Below are positions 45,788 through 55,187 of a stretch of DNA of 64,000 nucleotides, piece after piece. This stretch comes from Candidatus Iainarchaeum sp. (GTDB taxonomy: Archaea; Iainarchaeota; Iainarchaeia; Iainarchaeales; JAZDFD01). The notes under the pieces are model-generated. The model was not told where the DNA came from. It worked only from the letters and a program-made list of their open reading frames with translations, and made no database searches. How positions within the stretch are numbered: the first letter of the stretch is position 1; each line of letters starts with the position of its first letter. Position numbers and translations under genes: made by a program. The DNA lies in the NCBI GenBank assembly GCA_043808155.1, contig JAZDFD010000024.1:3265-67264 (forward strand), written 5' to 3'.

Positions 45788-46351
45788 CTACTTTAACATA
45801 TAATCATTTGCAATTTTTCTTTGTTCGTTACTTGCGCAACTTCTGCACTTTAATTGCTTTCCAAATAAATATAATGGTTTTCTGCATTTTTTGCAGAATG
45901 CTTTTATAACACCTAATTCTTGTTCGTTTGTTCTTAAATCTATCCCATATGGTGCATAAAATGAAACTTTTGCTTTTACAATGTCCCCAATACCAAAAAA
46001 ATCACCTAGTTTTTCAACATATTCGCGACTTATGTTTCTTACAGGAATTGCAGCCATTGCACTAGGCACAACTCGTTTTTTTCCATCTTTTTCTGCAGCA
46101 AAGATTTCAACAAATACTGAACTTGGTTTAAGCATTGAAACTCTCACATAAACAATTGTTCCAACATCTAACATCTCAATATTTTTCATTTTTTCAACAG
46201 ACACTGATTTCTCAGTGGTATCAATTTCCGACTTACCAAGACTATCAGAGCATACATCGCCTTCATCAGATACATAAGTATTCTTTCCCGGCATGTACTC
46301 TTCTTCTGTACTAAGAAAATCCCCTGGAAATGCAATATTTTTATCAGACAT
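45788..46351 (-). CDS. csl4: Exosome subunit Csl4
   Basis: N-terminal FPGDFL..EEEYMPGKNTY, S1 domain, C-terminal zinc ribbon CKKCRKPL....CRSC. Confidence 0.75.
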   Translation of the reverse strand: MSDKNIAFPGDFLSTEEEYMPGKNTYVSDEGDVCSDSLGKSEIDTTEKSVSVEKMKNIEMLDVGTIVYVRVSMLKPSSVFVEIFAAEKDGKKRVVPSAMAAIPVRNISREYVEKLGDFFGIGDIVKAKVSFYAPYGIDLRTNEQELGVIKAFCKKCRKPLYLFGKQLKCRSCASNEQRKIANDYMLK

Positions 46352-46474
46352 AAAAAAATCCTCGAAAAACAGTTAATATTATAACTTCATAAAATTATAC
46401 TTATGGTAAGTTATATAAAACAAAGGGTAGAAGCTAAGCTTGAAGCACATAGGGACGTATAGAGGGAGATTAGA

Positions 46475-47359
46475 ATGGTTTTGGAATCATTAACTGATGT
46501 GCATTTCATCAGGAGAAACCCTGTTGTTATGCTATTTCTGGCGATTGTTGTTTCATCTGTGGGCATGTGGATTGCTTATTTTACTTTCCCGGAATCTGCA
46601 TCAGTTCTGGCTATTGCTAACATTGCGATTGCGTTAGTTCCCATAATGCACAGGCTCTTTGTTGTGGAGGAAGTCTGTGAAATTATGAGCCCAGGGGGTA
46701 CACTTGGTTTTCTGTCAAGACATGGCTGTGCTCTGAAAATTTATACTTGGCTTTTTATTGGTTTGATTGTATCCTATGCTTTTTGGTATGTTGCAATGCC
46801 AATCGAAGTTAAGGAAAGTGTATTTGCACAGCAAGATAGTGAACTTGATAAAATTTCAGATCTTAAAACTCAGTTAACAGGAAATGCGTATATGCCAATA
46901 ACTGCCTGCGATAAAGATTTCTGGTGCTGGTTCCAGATAGTGATGTATAACAATTCCAGTGTTCTGCTTTGGGCAATTCTGTTTTCATTTATTTATGGAG
47001 CGGGAGCTATATTCCTTATCAGCTGGAATGCATCAATTATCGGGATTGTTGTTGGCAGAGACATTATTGGTTTAGTTGCAAGCTATGCACATTTGGGTGT
47101 GGGCTGGGATCTTGCTGCAGCTTACATGCACGGGCTTTTCAATGCCTTGGGATTTTTGCCTCATGGTTTGCCGGAAGCACTTGGTTATTTCATTGGAGCA
47201 TTTGCAGGTGCAATTATTTCAGTTGCGATAAGTAAAAGACAATACAGAAGCAAAGAGTTTGAAACAATTGCAAAAGATGCATTTATTCTGGTTTTAATTG
47301 CATTGCTTTTCATATTAATTGGTGCGTTAATAGAAGCTTATTTGTTAATTTCAATGTGA
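46475..47359 (+). CDS. SpoIIM-like (DUF95) integral membrane protein
   Basis: 294 aa, about 6 TM helices. LPHGLPEALGYF and IGALIEAYL motifs are typical of the stage II sporulation protein M family. Confidence 0.45.
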   Translation: MVLESLTDVHFIRRNPVVMLFLAIVVSSVGMWIAYFTFPESASVLAIANIAIALVPIMHRLFVVEEVCEIMSPGGTLGFLSRHGCALKIYTWLFIGLIVSYAFWYVAMPIEVKESVFAQQDSELDKISDLKTQLTGNAYMPITACDKDFWCWFQIVMYNNSSVLLWAILFSFIYGAGAIFLISWNASIIGIVVGRDIIGLVASYAHLGVGWDLAAAYMHGLFNALGFLPHGLPEALGYFIGAFAGAIISVAISKRQYRSKEFETIAKDAFILVLIALLFILIGALIEAYLLISM

Positions 47360-47406
47360 ATCAGTTTCAAAATTAATTTTCAGAATTAGTTTCAGGTAGG
47401 AATTTT

Positions 47407-48390
47407 TTAATCCTGAGTGAGGTTTTGTTTTTTCCTTGATTTTTCAACTGCTTTGTCTACGAATTCTTCAATTAATTGTTTGTAGGGTTCGATTTGTTTT
47501 TCAAAGTTTTCAGATTCTTTTCCTTTTGTTCCAATTCTGTCGGACATGGACGCGGCTAAATTTGAAAGTTCAACTGGAAAAAATATTTTTGTGCTTTGCC
47601 CTTTTGACATTTCTTCCAGTGCTTTTATGTAATAATAATTGATTGCGTTTTGTGAAAGATTTTCTGTTGCATCTTTTACTGCTTCAATTTCTGCTTTGTG
47701 CGCATCTGCCTTCTGTAATCTTGCTAATTTTTCCTGAACAGCTGCTTTTTGTTCGTGCATTGCATCCATTACGATTTTTGGCACATCCACATCTTTGATT
47801 TCCACTGATGCAATGTCAACACCCCAGTTTCTTGAGATTAAAATAAGTTTTTCTTTTAGTGCAGCATTTAATTTTGGGAGGTTTGCAATAATCTCTGAAA
47901 GAGTCATACCGCCCATAACATCACGGATTGTTGAAATCACATAAAGTTTTACTGCGTCTCTGAAATCTTCAACTTCAATAACTGAGTTTATTACTGACTG
48001 CGGGTCAGAACTTACTTTGAGGTAAATTATTGCATCAACTCTCAGCTCTATTGAATCCTGAGTTATTACATCCTGTTTTGGCACATCTAATGTGTGGGTT
48101 CTCAAATCTACGTGTTTGTGATTTTCAATAAAAGGAATCATAAAAGCCCAGCCTGGACCCCCGACTCTGTTGACTTTACCAAACCTGAAAATCACTGCTC
48201 GTTCATATTCTGTAAGAAGAAGAATTATGTCAAATTTCCAGAATATGAAAAGAAAGACTGCTAAAAGTCCAATCCACAGCAAATTGTCAGAAATCATCTG
48301 AATGTTTACGATTATTGCTGCAATAATCATAAGTACAAATAAGACTAAAACAATGAAAATTATCTTCTTAATTCCTGATTCTGAAGCCAT
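47407..48390 (-). CDS. SPFH/band-7 (stomatin-like) protein
   Basis: N-terminal TM helices, then EYERAVIFRFGKV...GPGWAFMIPFIE...; Ala/Glu-rich coiled coil. Confidence 0.8.
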   Translation of the reverse strand: MASESGIKKIIFIVLVLFVLMIIAAIIVNIQMISDNLLWIGLLAVFLFIFWKFDIILLLTEYERAVIFRFGKVNRVGGPGWAFMIPFIENHKHVDLRTHTLDVPKQDVITQDSIELRVDAIIYLKVSSDPQSVINSVIEVEDFRDAVKLYVISTIRDVMGGMTLSEIIANLPKLNAALKEKLILISRNWGVDIASVEIKDVDVPKIVMDAMHEQKAAVQEKLARLQKADAHKAEIEAVKDATENLSQNAINYYYIKALEEMSKGQSTKIFFPVELSNLAASMSDRIGTKGKESENFEKQIEPYKQLIEEFVDKAVEKSRKKQNLTQD

Positions 48391-48468
48391 AAAATCACGC
48401 CAAATGCGAAAGGTAAATATATTATACTAATTGATAGTTTATATATATTGTCTTTAAAGGGATATTAA

Positions 48469-49695
48469 ATGGCTGAGCAAAAACGCGTACTGGTAATGTG
48501 CATTGACAGGGACGATGACCTGGGCAGAAAAACAACTATTCAGGGACCTGTTATAGGCAGAGAAAAGAATCTTAATGCAGCCACTGCTTTGGCTTTGCAA
48601 GACCCTACAGAGGCAGATGCAAACACAATGTTTGCAACTGTTAAGAAATATGATGAATTAAAGAAAATTTATACGGATATTGAAATTGCTACAATTACTG
48701 GACACGGGAAAATAGGGTTTCAGGCAGATAAAAAAATAAATGAACAGCTTGATTTTGTGTTTGAACAGTTTCCTGCAGATTCAATTGTTTTGATTACTGA
48801 CGGCATGGAAGATGACCAAGTAATCCCAATTCTTCAGGGGCGTGCAAAAATAATTTCAAAAGAAAATGTAATTATAAAACAGGCACAGGCTGTTGAATCA
48901 ACTTATTACACTATTAAAGAAGTACTTAAAGACCCTGATATTGCAAGAATTGTTTTTGGAATTCCGGGTTTGGTTCTTTTACTTTATGTTGCACTTGGAA
49001 GTTTCTCATTGCAGATAATTTCATTTATTTTGGGTGCGTATCTATTGCTTAAAGGATTTGGAATTGAAGAAAGAATTCTCAGAGCCTTTAAATACATTAC
49101 ACAAACAGTTTCAATTCACAGAATTTCATTCCCATTTTATATTGGAGGCGTAATTATTCTGAGTTTTGGTGTGATTACATCATACAATACTTACATATCA
49201 AACACAGCAACTGATTTGATTCTTCAGATTGCAAGTTCATTGCAACCGATATATGCATTTGCAACATTGAGTGTATTAACAATGATTTTGGGACGATGTA
49301 TTGATGTGATTAATATAAAGAAGGCTTACAGATTGAGAAAATATTTTATGATGTCTATTTCTGCGTTAATGATTTGGTTAATTTTTGATTCTGCAACATT
49401 AGTTGTTCTTAGGCAGGCAGATTTGAATTGGTTTTTATTTACGATTGCAATTTCATTTGCAGTTCTTTTGGTGTCATACAGAGTTTCAGCAATTATTGAT
49501 GTGAGAAAGAAAATAACAAAATTGCTTATTGGTTTGCCGGTTTACAATGAAGAAGGAATCTGGGTTGGCAAAGTTTCTGAAATAAATAAAAAAACTGATT
49601 CAGTTACATATCAAGATATCAGAGATAAAACAGAAAAAAGTGCAAAAAGAAAACAGTTTTTACTCCGCGACGGAAGAATTCTTATACAGCGATAG
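48469..49695 (+). CDS. DUF373-family membrane protein
   Basis: [43 protein letters not shown] soluble N-domain, then about 7 TM helices. Confidence 0.6.
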   Translation: MAEQKRVLVMCIDRDDDLGRKTTIQGPVIGREKNLNAATALALQDPTEADANTMFATVKKYDELKKIYTDIEIATITGHGKIGFQADKKINEQLDFVFEQFPADSIVLITDGMEDDQVIPILQGRAKIISKENVIIKQAQAVESTYYTIKEVLKDPDIARIVFGIPGLVLLLYVALGSFSLQIISFILGAYLLLKGFGIEERILRAFKYITQTVSIHRISFPFYIGGVIILSFGVITSYNTYISNTATDLILQIASSLQPIYAFATLSVLTMILGRCIDVINIKKAYRLRKYFMMSISALMIWLIFDSATLVVLRQADLNWFLFTIAISFAVLLVSYRVSAIIDVRKKITKLLIGLPVYNEEGIWVGKVSEINKKTDSVTYQDIRDKTEKSAKRKQFLLRDGRILIQR

Positions 49696-51112
49696 TTTTC
49701 TTAGCTACTTTTTTTAGAATTTTTGGTTTTTCGATTTTTTTAACTGTACTTATTATATTTGTAAGGCTTTTTATCATCGCATTTTTTCTGCTGTGTTTTA
49801 CAAATGCATTATTCAGAACATCAGTTAGTGTTTTTACGGGAATTATTTTTATTTTCTTCAGTTCAGATGCAGACAAAATAATATCTTCAATATTTGATGC
49901 AGGCACAATTAATTCCTCAAAACCTGCTGCAATTGCGGCTAGTGTTTTTGCAGTTACTCCGCCTACAGGCAAAACATCACCCCTAACACTTAATGAACCT
50001 GTCATTGCAAGGTTTTGTTTTATTGGGATTCCTTCCATTGCAGAAATTACTGCAGTTGCAACTGAAACAGATGCTGAATCGCCCTCAACACCCTCATAAG
50101 ATTGTAAGAACTGAATATGAATATCATGTTTTGAAACATCTTTTCCTGAAATCTTTTTTATGATTGCAGAAACATTCTGAACTGCTTCTCTTGCGATTTC
50201 CCCTAATTTGCCTGTTGCAATTAATTTTCCTTCAGATTTTGATGCCGCAGGTGCAACCTCTGCCTCAATTGGCATTACAATACCAGCGGAGCCGTCCACA
50301 AAAACTGCTAAACCATTTACCCGTCCAACAACACTTCCGATGCTTTTGTAGACTTCGTAATCTTTTTTTTGCTGAATCATTTCATCAACCATCTGCTGTT
50401 CTAAAGTTCTTGCAGACATTTTTGCCTGATAGAGATCTTCAACATCAACAAACTCATGGCCTTTTTCTTTTGCAATGTCTCCTGCTGCTCTTACAAGTCC
50501 TCCGATGTCACGAAGTTTCAGAGTTAATCTGTTCTTTCGTCCTGCTCTTTTCTTTGCTTCGAAAATTATCTGTTCGACTGCTTCTCTTGTGAAGTGCGGG
50601 ATTTTTCCATCTTTTTTAACTTCCTGTGCAACTAACTGAACTAAATTGTCTCTGTTTTCTTTTGTGTCAGGCATATCAACATTCATGTAAATTTCATAAC
50701 CATAACCGCGTATTCTTGAACGTAAAGCAGGGTGAACTTTTTTCAAATCATCATAGTTCCCTGCTGCAACCAAAACAAAATCACATGGGACTGCTTCTGT
50801 TCTTGTCATTGCACCACTTGACATTTCTGATTGCCCTGTAATGGCATATTTCTTTTCCTGCATTGCAGTAAGAAGTTCCTGCTGTGACTTCGGGCTTAAA
50901 GTTGCAATCTCATCAACGAAAAGAACACCTCCTGAAGCTCTGTGAATCATTCCGGGCTCAACTCTTAAGTGTGGTGGTGTTCCAAGACCGCCTGAGTTAT
51001 GCACTAAAATGTCTTCTACAAAAAGGTTTCCAGTTTCTGTTGTGACATTATACACGTGTCCTTTAAAATCACGTTCAGATTTAGATTCAAATTTAGATTT
51101 ACTTGCTTTCAT
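49682..51112 (-). CDS. lonB: LonB protease C-terminal fragment (Walker B to protease domain) preceded by a 39-aa C-intein
   Basis: The ORF begins [39 protein letters not shown], then [30 protein letters not shown] (Walker B)...; protease Ser in EGDSASVS. Confidence 0.85.
   Translation of the reverse strand: MKASKSKFESKSERDFKGHVYNVTTETGNLFVEDILVHNSGGLGTPPHLRVEPGMIHRASGGVLFVDEIATLSPKSQQELLTAMQEKKYAITGQSEMSSGAMTRTEAVPCDFVLVAAGNYDDLKKVHPALRSRIRGYGYEIYMNVDMPDTKENRDNLVQLVAQEVKKDGKIPHFTREAVEQIIFEAKKRAGRKNRLTLKLRDIGGLVRAAGDIAKEKGHEFVDVEDLYQAKMSARTLEQQMVDEMIQQKKDYEVYKSIGSVVGRVNGLAVFVDGSAGIVMPIEAEVAPAASKSEGKLIATGKLGEIAREAVQNVSAIIKKISGKDVSKHDIHIQFLQSYEGVEGDSASVSVATAVISAMEGIPIKQNLAMTGSLSVRGDVLPVGGVTAKTLAAIAAGFEELIVPASNIEDIILSASELKKIKIIPVKTLTDVLNNAFVKHSRKNAMIKSLTNIISTVKKIEKPKILKKVAKKTIAV
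50996..51112 (-). mobile_element. Split-intein C-half (IntC, 39 aa) of the LonB intein
   Basis: Blocks F/G read [20 protein letters not shown] with +1 Ser. The pattern matches the C-termini of the three contiguous inteins in this window. It sits at the very N-terminus of its ORF. Confidence 0.75.
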
Positions 51113-51137
51113 GATATATAAATACAGGAGTGAAAGG

Positions 51138-51145
51138 AATAAAAA
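51138..51145 (-). promoter_or_regulatory. Candidate TATA box for a (near-)leaderless IntC-lonB transcript
   Basis: The minus strand reads TTTTTATT at about -33 to -26 relative to the ATG at 51112. No Shine-Dalgarno is visible. Confidence 0.25.
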
Positions 51146-51190
51146 GGTTGTTTTCAGCTTTTGTTAAGTTTTGATTTTTTTAGTGTCGAA

Positions 51191-51292
51191 TCATTCTGCA
51201 ATTACTAAATTTAAGGAAAACATAATGAATCTTACAAATAAGTAAAGGTATGCAGTCAGACCAGTTAAAGCCATTGCAAGACCGATTTTCAT
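51191..51292 (-). CDS. Possible 33-aa hydrophobic micro-ORF (not in the track)
   Basis: My translation is MKIGLAMALTGLTAYLYLFVRFIMFSLNLVIAE. The ATG lies 8 nt after the stop of the upstream 230-aa ORF. Single TM-like segment. No further support. Confidence 0.2.
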   Translation of the reverse strand: MKIGLAMALTGLTAYLYLFVRFIMFSLNLVIAE

Positions 51293-51300
51293 TTTTAAAC

Positions 51301-51993
51301 TCATAAATGTTTCTCCAATGATTCAAGACATTTGTCTATTGAAATTTTTTTGAATTCTTTTAAATAAGATGTTAATGTAGATTTTTGTTCTAATATTGTT
51401 TTCATAAAAATCTCATCTAAATTGCCGGGGATAAAGTTAATAATTTTGAAAGTATCTATACCTGGCTCTCTTAAATAAATCGCTGCCATGGATTTGTATA
51501 ATAAAATATCAGTATGATTGAAACCTAAATCAACTAAGAGACATGTATCATTAGAACGGAAAATATTGCCGGCACTTTCAAAAGCAAAAAACCAGTCTGC
51601 TTCACCCTGAAAGTAATCATCAATAAGCAGATATAAAGCAAATTTTTGGGCAATGTTATTTGCATCAACATTATAGAACTCATAAATACTTTTATCCGAC
51701 CAGTTTTTATCATTAGACCAAACATCATCGACTATTAAATGAGTTTCAAATCCTGCAAGAAATGCTTTAGAGTATTTATCTGCATTAGAGATTTCGAATA
51801 TGGACTGTTTTCCTTCAACCTCATGGGTTATATTTCTATCAGTAGAATTTATGTATCTAATATCGGGTGCGATGGCTCCAAAAAAATAGTCGTCGATGTT
51901 ATCATAATTTGAAATTATTGATTTCTTTTTAAGTCTACTTAAAATTAATTTTGCCATCCATTCATGAGTAAATAGGAAAGCCATATACAACAT
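51301..51993 (-). CDS. Hypothetical protein, possibly a zinc-dependent phospholipase C-like hydrolase
   Basis: 230 aa. His/Asp pattern FTHEW..., GAIAPDIRY, ETHLIVDDVW is reminiscent of the Zn_dep_PLPC family. Located between the two halves of the LonB split intein. Confidence 0.3.
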   Translation of the reverse strand: MLYMAFLFTHEWMAKLILSRLKKKSIISNYDNIDDYFFGAIAPDIRYINSTDRNITHEVEGKQSIFEISNADKYSKAFLAGFETHLIVDDVWSNDKNWSDKSIYEFYNVDANNIAQKFALYLLIDDYFQGEADWFFAFESAGNIFRSNDTCLLVDLGFNHTDILLYKSMAAIYLREPGIDTFKIINFIPGNLDEIFMKTILEQKSTLTSYLKEFKKISIDKCLESLEKHL

Positions 51994-52040
51994 CAGTTTG
52001 TATAATTTATATTGTTTCTGGTACAGGATTCACTAATAAT

Positions 52041-53213
52041 TTATGTCAAGTGGATAGTTTTGCTTTGTTCTGTTTCTACTTTTAGCAGTTCTTTTCCAAG
52101 TTTTTGCTTTTTTCTTTTGTATTTTATTGCGATTTCAATTTGTTCATATGTGCGCCTTTTCTTGTCTTTTGCATAAATCAAGGGGAAAACACTATCAAAG
52201 AATAAAACTTTGTGAAAATGTGTTCGAAAGAAAATTCTGAAACAATGGCTAAAATTACCATCTTTTCTCAGTGTTTTCTTGCTGAAATCTTTTCTAATAT
52301 TTGGAGTTGTGTCAACACCAACAGATTTGCACAATCTTTTAAGGCTTTTAAGAAAGGTGATATGCTTGCCCTCAAGTTTTTCAATCTTGCTTAAACCTAA
52401 TGTTAAATTTGTGAAACGATAATTTCCGCGATTGTCAGATCTCCAAGAAGGAACAGAAAATTCCGAAGAAATTAAGCCATCAAGAAATGCTATTCTTATT
52501 TTTTTGCTTAAGGAAAGAATATTTTTTGGAGGCATATAGGGGGTTGAAACTTTGTCACCAACTGGCACTCCCAAAGCAACAAACAATCTTATGGCAGCTC
52601 TGTCAAAAGTTCTAATATTATAAGAGTGACCATATTCGCCACCCTCCACTATGTTAATTTTATTTTTAACAAAAGGAAATATCTCGATAAGATTTTCTTT
52701 GAAAATTTCAATATCTTCGATTTTAGAAGAAATAAAAGCCAGTGTATTTAATCTTATATCAATTCCGCCATCCCCAAACAACATACCCATAATTCTAAAT
52801 ATTTCTTTTATGTGCTTGTGTTTTGTAGTAAGAGGCAGAAAGCCTGCTTCTTTTAGTTTGTCAACAGTTTTCAAAGGAATTGGTTTTCCTCTTTTATTAG
52901 TTCTAGTGTGCCACCATCTTATTCTTCCTTGTGGAACTCCTAATATTTTTGCACATCTTTTGTAACCAAAACTTGGATTTTCTTTAACCAATTGCAGATA
53001 TTGCTTGTATTTTTTGCAGGATTCAATATCATAATCGGAATATGTGTTAATGATGTCTTGCTCTGTTACCAACTCTCTAGCTGTCATATAAAAATTACGA
53101 TTTTTGCATTTATAAGTGCTTTGAGAGCACATTTCCGGTAAACTCCAGTCAAGACTTATTCCAAGTTTCTTCGAAGAATAAGACTCATCTAAAATTAGCA
53201 ATTGCAGAAGCAA
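52041..53213 (-). CDS. Free-standing LAGLIDADG homing endonuclease-like gene with an N-terminal HTH
   Basis: LAGLIDADG motifs IMGMLFGDGGI and IAFLDGLISSEF; HTH-like YKRCAKILGVPQGRIRWW. The ORF start is ambiguous (Met at 53213, 53132 or 53087). The first 29 nt overlap the end of the IntN ORF in another frame. Confidence 0.65.
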   Translation of the reverse strand: MLLQLLILDESYSSKKLGISLDWSLPEMCSQSTYKCKNRNFYMTARELVTEQDIINTYSDYDIESCKKYKQYLQLVKENPSFGYKRCAKILGVPQGRIRWWHTRTNKRGKPIPLKTVDKLKEAGFLPLTTKHKHIKEIFRIMGMLFGDGGIDIRLNTLAFISSKIEDIEIFKENLIEIFPFVKNKINIVEGGEYGHSYNIRTFDRAAIRLFVALGVPVGDKVSTPYMPPKNILSLSKKIRIAFLDGLISSEFSVPSWRSDNRGNYRFTNLTLGLSKIEKLEGKHITFLKSLKRLCKSVGVDTTPNIRKDFSKKTLRKDGNFSHCFRIFFRTHFHKVLFFDSVFPLIYAKDKKRRTYEQIEIAIKYKRKKQKLGKELLKVETEQSKTIHLT

Positions 53214-54216
53214 TTACTTTAATCTCTTCAAGAAGAATTAGATTATCTCTTTCAGAAATATTTTCTGCTTCTTTGCTTTCTTTTGAAGTGAAGACTTTGT
53301 GTTCTGGAGTTAGAGAAACTGTTTTTTCTCCGACTTTAATATCAACTAGCTTACCTTCAAATGGTTGTCTATTTAAAGAAAGAATTCTTGAAACAACTGG
53401 CTTTCCTTCTTTGTAACCTATAGTATAAAGCTCTTCTCCTGGGGGGAGCATTACTGCTTCGTAGTTCTTCTCGTTTCTTTCAATTAAATGTTTATATTTG
53501 GAATTGATGTGAGACCATAATTCAATAAATGTAATCTCCTCAAATTGAGCTCCTTTTCGCAAATAAAGCTTGGAAAAGCCGTAATTACACTGAAGCGGGT
53601 CATGTCTAACGTCCCCAAGCAATGAACCTGCTCTTGCACCAGTTCCTTCAAAAAAGGGAGCAATTTTTTTCTTATCATTATCAATCAAAAGTTTTGGTGA
53701 TTCGTTTCCCACTTTTGTTCTTAACTGAGACCCCAGCATTGTTCCGACAACTAAAAATCCGCCCAAAATAATCATTGCTGCAAATACAACATCCGGCACC
53801 CACCCCATTTGCCATACAACACTTGCTAAAATAAACCAGCCAATTGGAAGAATCAAACTAAACAATCTCATATTGTCTTCTTCTTTTTTTGATTCAAGTC
53901 TTTCTTTCTGCAGAATTTTCTGCCCTTCACCTGCTTTTACAACTTTTACTTTTGGGTTGTTTGGGTCTGCAGCATTCGGATACATTAAAACATCGTGTAA
54001 TTTCTGAACTGGGAGAATTTCAGCCATTCCCTGTGCTAACATTGATTTTCCAGTTCCCGGAATACCCACAAGCAGAACATTTCTTTTTTGAGCTGCTGCT
54101 TTTTTTATTAATTCAACACTTTTTTCCTGACCCAAAACCTGATTTATGGTTTTTTCAGGAACATGAATTTCAGCAGTAGTTTTGTAATTTGCAGGGATTT
54201 GTGACATATAATACAT
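53185..54216 (-). CDS. lonB: LonB protease N-terminal fragment (Walker A plus membrane anchor) fused to a 134-aa N-intein
   Basis: VLLVGIPGTGKSMLA (Walker A), two TM helices (LILPIGWFILASVVW / VVFAAMIILGGFLVVGTMLG), GTGARAGSLLGDVRHDPLQ, then CNYGF... and a stop. Confidence 0.85.
   Translation of the reverse strand: MYYMSQIPANYKTTAEIHVPEKTINQVLGQEKSVELIKKAAAQKRNVLLVGIPGTGKSMLAQGMAEILPVQKLHDVLMYPNAADPNNPKVKVVKAGEGQKILQKERLESKKEEDNMRLFSLILPIGWFILASVVWQMGWVPDVVFAAMIILGGFLVVGTMLGSQLRTKVGNESPKLLIDNDKKKIAPFFEGTGARAGSLLGDVRHDPLQCNYGFSKLYLRKGAQFEEITFIELWSHINSKYKHLIERNEKNYEAVMLPPGEELYTIGYKEGKPVVSRILSLNRQPFEGKLVDIKVGEKTVSLTPEHKVFTSKESKEAENISERDNLILLEEIKVIASAIANFR
53188..53589 (-). mobile_element. Split-intein N-half (IntN, 134 aa) of the LonB intein
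   Basis: Cys1 is codon 210 (TGT at 53589-53587, checked). Block B SLTPEHKVFT. The ORF terminates with no C-terminal splicing blocks. Confidence 0.75.
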
Positions 54217-54261
54217 TAATTAATAAGAATGAATTAAAAAACTTTGGAATGCGTATTAATT

Positions 54262-55182
54262 ATGAGTGAAATGAAATTAGTGTTTTTAGGGACTGGTGCG
54301 TCAAATCCTACGAAAAAAAGGAATCTGAGTAGCGTAGCTTTGAAATTTAACGGAGAGTGGTTACTCTTTGATTGCGCGGAAGGAACCCAAAGACAGATGC
54401 TTCATACAAATGTAAGTTACATGAAAGTGAATCATATTTTTATTACTCATTTCCACGGAGACCACATTTTGGGTCTGCCTGGTCTGGTTGCAACAATGGC
54501 AATCCATGAAAGAGAAGAAGATCTGCATATTTACGGCCCTAAGGGTGTGCGTAAACTTATTGGTTCCCTTATGAAAGTTGCAGGAGACCAAATGACTTTC
54601 AAAATTAAATATCATGAAGTTCCACTAAATGGTGGCGAAATATTAAAAGATGAAAATTTTTCTGTGCGATCTGTTCCTCTAAAGCACAATACAAAATGTT
54701 TTGGTTATGTTTTTAAAGAAAAAGATAAAGAAGGAAAGTTCATGCGCAATAAAGCAGAGGAACTTGGAATTCCTGTTGGGCCATTGTACAGCAAACTTGC
54801 GACTGGTGAAAATGTAACAGTTAACGGGCAAATTTTCAGACCCGAAGATGTAATGGATTATTCAAAAGGCAAAAAAGGCAGAAAAATTTCTTATATTGTG
54901 GATACAATGCCAAATGAAAAATATTTCAAAGCAATTGAAGATTCAGATTTATTAATTCATGAATCAAGTTTTGCAGATGAGTTGGAGAAACGTGCCAAAG
55001 AAACATCACACTCCACTTCAAAGCAGGCAGCAGAAGTTGCAAAAAAATGCAATGTGAAGAGATTAATTCTTACTCATGTTTCTCCGCGTTATAAAAATGA
55101 CAAAGACATTCTTGCTGATGCGAAAAAAGTTTTCAAAAATACTAAAGTTGCGGAAGATTTTTTAATTATAGAAATTAAGTGA
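54262..55182 (+). CDS. rnz: Ribonuclease Z (tRNA 3' endonuclease)
   Basis: LVFLGTG, ITHFHGDHILGLPGL (HxHxDH), SH.S and LTHVSPRY metallo-beta-lactamase motifs. Confidence 0.8.
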   Translation: MSEMKLVFLGTGASNPTKKRNLSSVALKFNGEWLLFDCAEGTQRQMLHTNVSYMKVNHIFITHFHGDHILGLPGLVATMAIHEREEDLHIYGPKGVRKLIGSLMKVAGDQMTFKIKYHEVPLNGGEILKDENFSVRSVPLKHNTKCFGYVFKEKDKEGKFMRNKAEELGIPVGPLYSKLATGENVTVNGQIFRPEDVMDYSKGKKGRKISYIVDTMPNEKYFKAIEDSDLLIHESSFADELEKRAKETSHSTSKQAAEVAKKCNVKRLILTHVSPRYKNDKDILADAKKVFKNTKVAEDFLIIEIK

Positions 55183-55187
55183 TACAT

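Noticed and set aside
53185-53213. 29-nt overlap between the IntN ORF end and the LAGLIDADG ORF start, considered as a programmed frameshift site
   Set aside because: No slippery heptamer or downstream structure is evident. A relic frameshift or a sequencing error explains it more simply. In either case the downstream stops and the unrelated 230-aa gene still separate IntN from IntC.
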